Below are positions 59,013-64,000 of a stretch of 64,000 bases of DNA, in pieces. Made by a program: the position numbers and the translations under genes. This stretch comes from Candidatus Poribacteria bacterium (GTDB taxonomy: Bacteria > Poribacteria > WGA-4E > WGA-3G). The notes beneath the pieces are model-generated. The model worked only from the letters and a program-made list of their open reading frames with translations, was not told where the DNA came from and did not search any database. Within the stretch, counting starts at the first letter, position 1; every line of letters begins with the position of its first letter. Location: the NCBI GenBank assembly GCA_965205025.1, contig CBDBFU010000001.1, positions 1-64,000 of the forward strand, read 5' to 3'.

Positions 59013-59723
59013 TTAATTCCTTTTCTGATAAACATGAGCTGTAGAAGTGTCGGATGAATAAATGACTAACAATTCTCCGTCCCATGTATAAGTACTGACT
59101 ATAGGTTCAGTCTTATCTTCGTTAAACCAATAGATGGTGCCTTTTCTTTCATCGTAGGGTTCAATCAATTTATATGCCCCGAAGAAAAATTCGCTATCAG
59201 TTTTGAATTCTCTGGTAAAAGTTGTTGTCGTTAACCGCATGGATCCAAATGCTTCGGTAGTCTCACCATCTGTAATTGTTCGGATAAGTTCATATACACC
59301 ACTTAAGGTATCAGCGACTCTGTATGATTTTGAGAAAACAGTGATGGAAGCGGATTTAGAGACAGCCTCTTCACCGTCATCCCGTACAGATACATGAACG
59401 TTAACAATTTGATCAGGTGCGTTTTCTGTTTTGGGTAACTCAGGCGCTGTCCACTCTACCTCTGCCGCCTCTCCAACTAATGTACCGGCAGAGACTTCCC
59501 ATGTGTAGGTTAAATCATCGTTTTCGGGGTCAGAAACACCGACTTTAAGCGCAACACTTTCACCGTATCGGACCTCTTTCGGAACAGTAAAAGTATTTAT
59601 TTCAGGTGGGTCGTTTGTCCAACTTTCGTATTCCTCACAACTACAGATTATTAGCAATTGACAGCCTAAGATGAGGAAGAGCAATAACCAACCAGTGTAA
59701 TAATTTAGGTTTAAAATTCTCAC
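59013..59723 (-). CDS. Lipoprotein with PKD/Ig-like domain and lipocalin-like C-terminus
   Basis: ICSC lipobox; NDPPEI...SDPENDDLTYTW...WTAP...VSVRD. Confidence 0.75.
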   Translation of the reverse strand: MRILNLNYYTGWLLLFLILGCQLLIICSCEEYESWTNDPPEINTFTVPKEVRYGESVALKVGVSDPENDDLTYTWEVSAGTLVGEAAEVEWTAPELPKTENAPDQIVNVHVSVRDDGEEAVSKSASITVFSKSYRVADTLSGVYELIRTITDGETTEAFGSMRLTTTTFTREFKTDSEFFFGAYKLIEPYDERKGTIYWFNEDKTEPIVSTYTWDGELLVIYSSDTSTAHVYQKRN

Positions 59724-60057
59724 AACATTCCCCTTTATACCTATGTAACACCATTTCTATAGAAGTTTATCCCATAAACAGTTGTTATGCATGTCCCTGA
59801 AATATCGCACAAACTGGAAGTTTATGCTACAGTAAATAAAGAAAAATTATTAGAAATAGTATAAGGTTAATATATAATCCAGATTTTGGTATAGAGATTT
59901 CCTTCTGTATATTGAAATTATAAAATTTACCCCAAAAAGTTCAAGAAATTATAACATTTTATGTGTTTAAGAGACAACTATTTTTGCCTCATAGATATGA
60001 AATTATCAACCTTATCTAATACCATTTCTCATAGTTTAGTTTACAGTTTTTAGTTAT

Positions 60058-60193
60058 TTCAGAGTAATAGTGTAATTTTCAGAGTAAATGCTCATAGGTG
60101 ATGTTTTATATTTTCTATAAAATCAGTTATAGTCTGGATTCCTCTGTGTTTTCTAAAATTACGATTTCTATAATTTACTCTGAATACTCTGAA
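60058..60193. repeat. Array of TTCAGAGTA(AAT) boxes, two direct and two inverted
   Basis: 60058-60067, 60078-60089, inverted 60173-60184 and 60185-60193; further ATTTACTC at 60665 and 60675. Confidence 0.6.
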
Positions 60194-60206
60194 ACTTGTA
60201 ATTATT

Positions 60207-60549
60207 CATGACTTACGCAAATTGGGAAAAGTACAAATTGGACTTAAAAAGCCATTATTTCAATTTAAACCCTCTGTCAGAGCACTCCTAAGAACAAAGG
60301 TTTAATTGGTTTTCTATAAACATTCCGTCCCTACGGGACTCAATTAAGGGGTTTACACGTTTTCTATAAACATTCCGTCCCTACGGGACTCAATAATCTG
60401 TCACCTTAGATAATTGGTAGAGATCGAAGATGTCCAACGGGTGTACAGACCTTGCCACTACGATGCATGCGGGAACAGAAAATTATTAGACTACCTTCAA
60501 CAAGACATACATTCTTATTTCTCCATATTACAATATTGCGTAAGTCCTG
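60207..60549. mobile_element. MITE sharing TIRs with the IS701 element, carrying two REP-like units
   Basis: CATGACTTACGCA / TGCGTAAGTCCTG termini; flanking TTATT duplication; internal 35-bp repeat TTTTCTATAAACATTCCGTCCCTACGGGACTCAAT at 60310 and 60360. Confidence 0.8.
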
Positions 60550-60715
60550 TTATTATGTCATTCCAACGAGTGTATAGTTTATAGTTCATGTCTCATAAAT
60601 CATTATATGAGAGTGTTTTGTCCCTTGCCTTGTATTATTTATTGAAACAATGATTATTCTGTAAATTTACTCCTATTTACTCATTCACATCAGTAATGTG
60701 TTTGTTGTTGAAAAG

Positions 60716-60858
60716 TTTAAAAAGTTACACTTTTTGTCACATAGTGTAACATTTGTAAAACCTTTATCCCGTCAGTCCTATAGTGGATTGACAGTCACTT
60801 TTTTAAGGTTAAGAGAATTTGCACCAATTATAAAAGTGGGGTGAATTTTGTGTCTTTT
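60716..60858. repeat. Dispersed non-coding module A, copy 2 (diverged)
   Basis: AAAAGTTACACTTTTTGTCACATAGTGTAACATT (60720-60753) ... GTGAATTTTGTGT. Confidence 0.7.
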
Positions 60859-61140
60859 ATTTTACTCCTAATACATTGATTTGGGATTGTTTGAATGAGA
60901 AATATCTTATCCGTCCATTTTGACATGATCGATCTGACTTTCCTGAATTCTATTTCACAACACAATTTTTCAAAGACATAATTATTACCGCTCTAAAGTT
61001 AGATGTAGTAAGGGTTTAGGGCATTTAGTATAATTTTCATTATTTTTTTTTATTTTTTTTACAGAATTTTTAGTTTTTCAAATTTTGTAAGACAAATCCT
61101 GTGCTGGTATAGGTTTTGACGGGGTCATAATTTCTGAGAT

Positions 61141-61178
61141 CATTCACAACTTGTTGTGAATGTTGTGAATGTTGTGTA
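61141..61178. repeat. Palindrome CATTCACAAC-TT-GTTGTGAATG overlapping a TGTTGTGAA x3 tandem (third copy imperfect)
   Basis: Seen directly. Confidence 0.8.
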
Positions 61179-61361
61179 AAGGAATTATCCTGCTATAAAG
61201 TGTGATAATCCTCTGTATCTGGTTTTTTAGACTAAGATTATATATGTTTTGAGATCGATTCACAAAAGTTTGTAATTCTGAATGTTTTCGTCGTAATTCT
61301 AACATGAGTTATCCTATTTGCCAGAGCGTGATTTTAGTTGAATTTAGCATAAAGTTCAGAA

Positions 61362-61518
61362 GCATGAATAATTGAAAAAAGTTACACTTTTCGTTACATC
61401 ATGTAACATTGAAATTGGTGTGAATTATCCCTGTAACTCCTGTTGTAGACTGGCTTCATAGTGATTTTATATCAAATTATAAAAAAATCTAAAAAGTGTG
61501 ATTTTGTGTTTTTGTTTT
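61362..61518. repeat. Dispersed non-coding module A, copy 3
   Basis: AAAAGTTACACTTTTCGTTACATCATGTAACATTGAAATT...CTGTAAC...TAGACTG...AAAAAGTGTGATTTTGTGTT, colinear with the reverse complement of 9151-9315. Confidence 0.8.
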
Positions 61519-61728
61519 CCATTCTTTTTAGGATCTCTTTTCCATATAGGTTTATAGCCATTTTACTATTTTTGCCATTTTTTAAAGATAAATACATGAG
61601 ATTCTCATTTTCTGGAGATAATATTGAAGTATAAATTCTGACAGACCTATGAATAAATAAATCTCGGAACTTCCGAGTTATGTGTTAGTTTGGTATACAA
61701 TTATTGAACGATATAGTATTGTATCATT

Positions 61729-61824
61729 TCATTTTCATTTTGACAAGTATTTTTAATTTATTTTATGTTTTTGTGATATATGTATGTTAGTTGTTAGATG
61801 TTTAAGTTTTCTTCAATTTATTTT
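61729..61824. repeat. Dispersed non-coding module B, copy 3
   Basis: TTTTGACAA...TGTTTTTGTGATATATGTATGTTAGTTGTTAGA...TTTTCTTCA. Confidence 0.8.
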
Positions 61825-62185
61825 AAAATTCTTCAATTAGGCACACCCTTCTCTTAAATAGAGCTAAATTATATACATGGAAGTCATATCGGCTAAAGCA
61901 AAATGATATGGTCAATTAGTTCTATGGGACAGTCCAAACTACTACACGGATGTTATTCTTCCAAAGGATTAATCAAACAAGACCATTTCCACATCCCAAT
62001 AGGTCGATATCCCGATAAATGCCATAAGCTATTCTTGATGATTCCCACGGTGTATCCCCTACGAATACCTGTTGAATACTCATATCGCATTCATACCGTT
62101 GATTGACGGATATGGGTTAATTCACCGTATCGATACATAATATTGCTTATACCGAATCCATGATAAAAAATAATCATAAAAAGAT

Positions 62186-62341
62186 GCAACCAATCTTAAA
62201 CTCATTTGTATTACTATTATCCATGGCGCGTGGAGTTGTGAAATGACTGAAGAGGAATTCCTTGAATTAGTCCGTAAACATCAAGATCAAGTATATCGAC
62301 ATACGCTATATCTTCATGAAAAAAAACTAAAGAATTCTTGA
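62186..62341 (+). pseudogene. ECF promoter plus 5' remnant of an ECF sigma gene
   Basis: GCAAC-N16-TGTAT (62186-62211), GGAG RBS, ORF 62243-62341 MTEEEFLELVRKHQDQVYRHTLYL... matching an ECF region 2.1 start. Confidence 0.55.
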
Positions 62342-62402
62342 TAAATCATATATTATAAGTAAGGTGTAAACGCTTTCTCAACTTTTTTATGGGAGATAAA
62401 CG

Positions 62403-63053
62403 ATGACAGAACTAAGAACCCCTCATAACAGAGGCAAATGTCCATTCTATGTTACCCCACATAATCCGCTTTCAGCGGAATCGTCCATAGATCAATGCGT
62501 GAATTGTGCTATAGGTAGTAAATCACAATTAGAAAGTCATGTAGAAGGTTTGCGTCAGATTGCGTTATTGACCATATTGGAAGAAACCCCGAAATATGAC
62601 CCGGATCATCCGAGTGGGGCGAGTTATATAACCTTTATCAAATCTCGTGTATGCACTCGGCTTTGGTCGGAACGGAAAAAAGTGTTGCGCGAGATCCCTT
62701 TTACGCATCAAGAGAAAAATGATAATGTTGATAGTGAGTCGAATCCGTTGACTGATAACTTACAAGCACAAGCGTGTGAGATCAAAAATGTGGCGGATAC
62801 CGTGATACAACAAATAGAAGTCGAAACCTTAAAAAATTACTTGCCGAAACTTTTGAATAAACTGACACAAAAGGAACGAAGCGTCATTGAGATGAAGTTT
62901 TTCAAAGAGTTCAGTGGTGTAGAGATTGCTGACATATTGGAAGTTTCAGAGGGGCGCGTCAGTCAGATTACCCAATCCGCATTGGCGAAACTTGGCAAAG
63001 CATATTTGGGTACGCTTGAAAAAGTTAAGCACAATCCGTATAGGGATACCTAA
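62403..63053 (+). CDS. Sigma-70 family factor (FliA/SigF-like regions 2 and 4, short) with a Cys-containing N-terminus
   Basis: LRQIALL...KYDP..GASY.TF, LTQKERSVI...F...EIADILEVSEGRVSQI; GGGAG RBS. Confidence 0.85.
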   Translation: MTELRTPHNRGKCPFYVTPHNPLSAESSIDQCVNCAIGSKSQLESHVEGLRQIALLTILEETPKYDPDHPSGASYITFIKSRVCTRLWSERKKVLREIPFTHQEKNDNVDSESNPLTDNLQAQACEIKNVADTVIQQIEVETLKNYLPKLLNKLTQKERSVIEMKFFKEFSGVEIADILEVSEGRVSQITQSALAKLGKAYLGTLEKVKHNPYRDT

Positions 63054-63129
63054 AGTTATTTAGCACAAGTCGTTATAATAACTCAAGTTGGGTAATCTGT
63101 GTTCATATTAGGCATATCAGGAGAAGTTC

Positions 63130-63780
63130 ATGAAAATAAATGTTTTTTTCAGTTTTACTGTCCTTGTCTTTCTGTTTTCGTTACATTTTCTTATCGGTTG
63201 TGGTGAAGATGAACGTCATATGGCGTTCCCGAATCTCGATCTACCTGACAGTGTTACTGTCACGGTAGAGGCACCCACAGGTGCAGCATTTGATCTTGCT
63301 GTTTCCAGCGACTACAGAGAAGAAAAGGATGAAATCGGGAACAAATTGATCGTTCACAATACCGAACAGAAGTACTCCTTTACAGAAAAATTCAGCCAAA
63401 CATTTCCGTTGGTAGATTCAGGGACATTTCCGTTAGTCGACCCTGATGAACGATACTTTTCTGTGAAACTCAAATGCACTGCCCTTGAATCTGGAAGCGA
63501 TGGTGACACTGGCTCGATCCATCTAATTATCAAGTTCACCGGTGAAGGAAATTTTGATGAAGGAAATCGTGATAAAACATATTCCACGCAGCATATATCA
63601 CCTGAATCAATAGAAGAGGTTTTGTCTGAGAATCCGGAAAATATAGATGATCTACCTGGTTTCTTTGAAGTTGGTAGATTAATAAACGTCCAAACTATTT
63701 TTAGTAGGTACAACGGCATAGAAAAGAGTGAATCATCGAGGAACGTAGATGATGAAACATCTGGGAACGTAGATGAATAA
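63130..63780 (+). CDS. Acidic lipoprotein, hypothetical
   Basis: Lipobox LIGC; AGGAG RBS. Confidence 0.75.
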   Translation: MKINVFFSFTVLVFLFSLHFLIGCGEDERHMAFPNLDLPDSVTVTVEAPTGAAFDLAVSSDYREEKDEIGNKLIVHNTEQKYSFTEKFSQTFPLVDSGTFPLVDPDERYFSVKLKCTALESGSDGDTGSIHLIIKFTGEGNFDEGNRDKTYSTQHISPESIEEVLSENPENIDDLPGFFEVGRLINVQTIFSRYNGIEKSESSRNVDDETSGNVDE

Positions 63781-63809
63781 TTTAATCCTAATTTGCGAGG
63801 AATTATCAT

Positions 63810-64000
63810 ATGATCAAGCATCTATTCTTAGTACTATTGTTTTTCGTACTTCCGTTATCTGTCCTTGCCCAAACCGGAACAATTGAAGGAACAGTTTTGC
63901 ATGAAAGTACTGGTGAACCCTTAGCAGGTGCGGAGGTCCGAATCATTGAAATTGATCAACAGCAAACAACAGATGCAAATGGAAAATTTATGTTCACAGA
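63810..64000 (+). CDS. Partial secreted protein with a carboxypeptidase-regulatory-like domain (TonB-dependent receptor-type N-terminus)
   Basis: MIKHLFLVLLFFVLPLSVLAQTGTIEGTV...TGEPLAGAEV.I......TTDANGKF; runs off the window end. Confidence 0.75.
   Translation, partial: MIKHLFLVLLFFVLPLSVLAQTGTIEGTVLHESTGEPLAGAEVRIIEIDQQQTTDANGKFMFT

Noticed and set aside
60310-60394. Possible mini-CRISPR (35-bp palindromic repeat x2)
   Set aside because: Only two units, a 15-bp spacer, no cas genes, and it lies inside a MITE; REP-like instead.
61903-62106. ORF 61903-62106 (+) and a minus-strand peptide MSIQQVFVGDTPWESSRIAYG (ATG 62083) resembling an aldo/keto reductase start
   Set aside because: Too short and weak to support; at most a decayed fragment.
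63354-63821. Long antisense ORFs (also 6475-6993, 40068-40655, 49686-50030, 23236-23610)
   Set aside because: Shadow frames opposite well-supported genes, without motifs.

Overview
AT-rich bacterial chromosomal window containing the replication origin region. The order is ispH-rpmH <> dnaA-oriC-recF-DUF721-gyrB-gyrA, with no dnaN or rnpA. There is a stand-alone tRNA-Ala-23S-5S rRNA unit with no linked 16S, four sigma-70-family genes plus one remnant, purB, a GH2 hydrolase, many secreted or lipoproteins, an IS701-family element and several MITEs. C-terminal K-x-x-T-x-W-x-x-(I/L)-K tails on secreted proteins, an ECF sigma-TM-propeller fusion and the gene content suggest Candidatus Poribacteria (inference). 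Many genes, including essential rpmH and gyrB, carry single-base indels, several in homopolymers, which I read as assembly errors. Three things stand out. (1) A restriction-modification-like island (42.3-48.2 kb) in which a large PD-(D/E)XK endonuclease is coupled to a 2[4Fe-4S]-ferredoxin/PD-(D/E)XK fusion, facing a DPPY plus SPPY methyltransferase pair, with a putative membrane effector pair alongside. (2) A conserved modular ~400-470 bp non-coding element repeated upstream of sigma-factor genes and embedded in a 2.5-kb motif-rich gene desert. (3) An ABC-ATPase plus small nuclease pair. All family assignments come from motif recognition by eye, without database searches.
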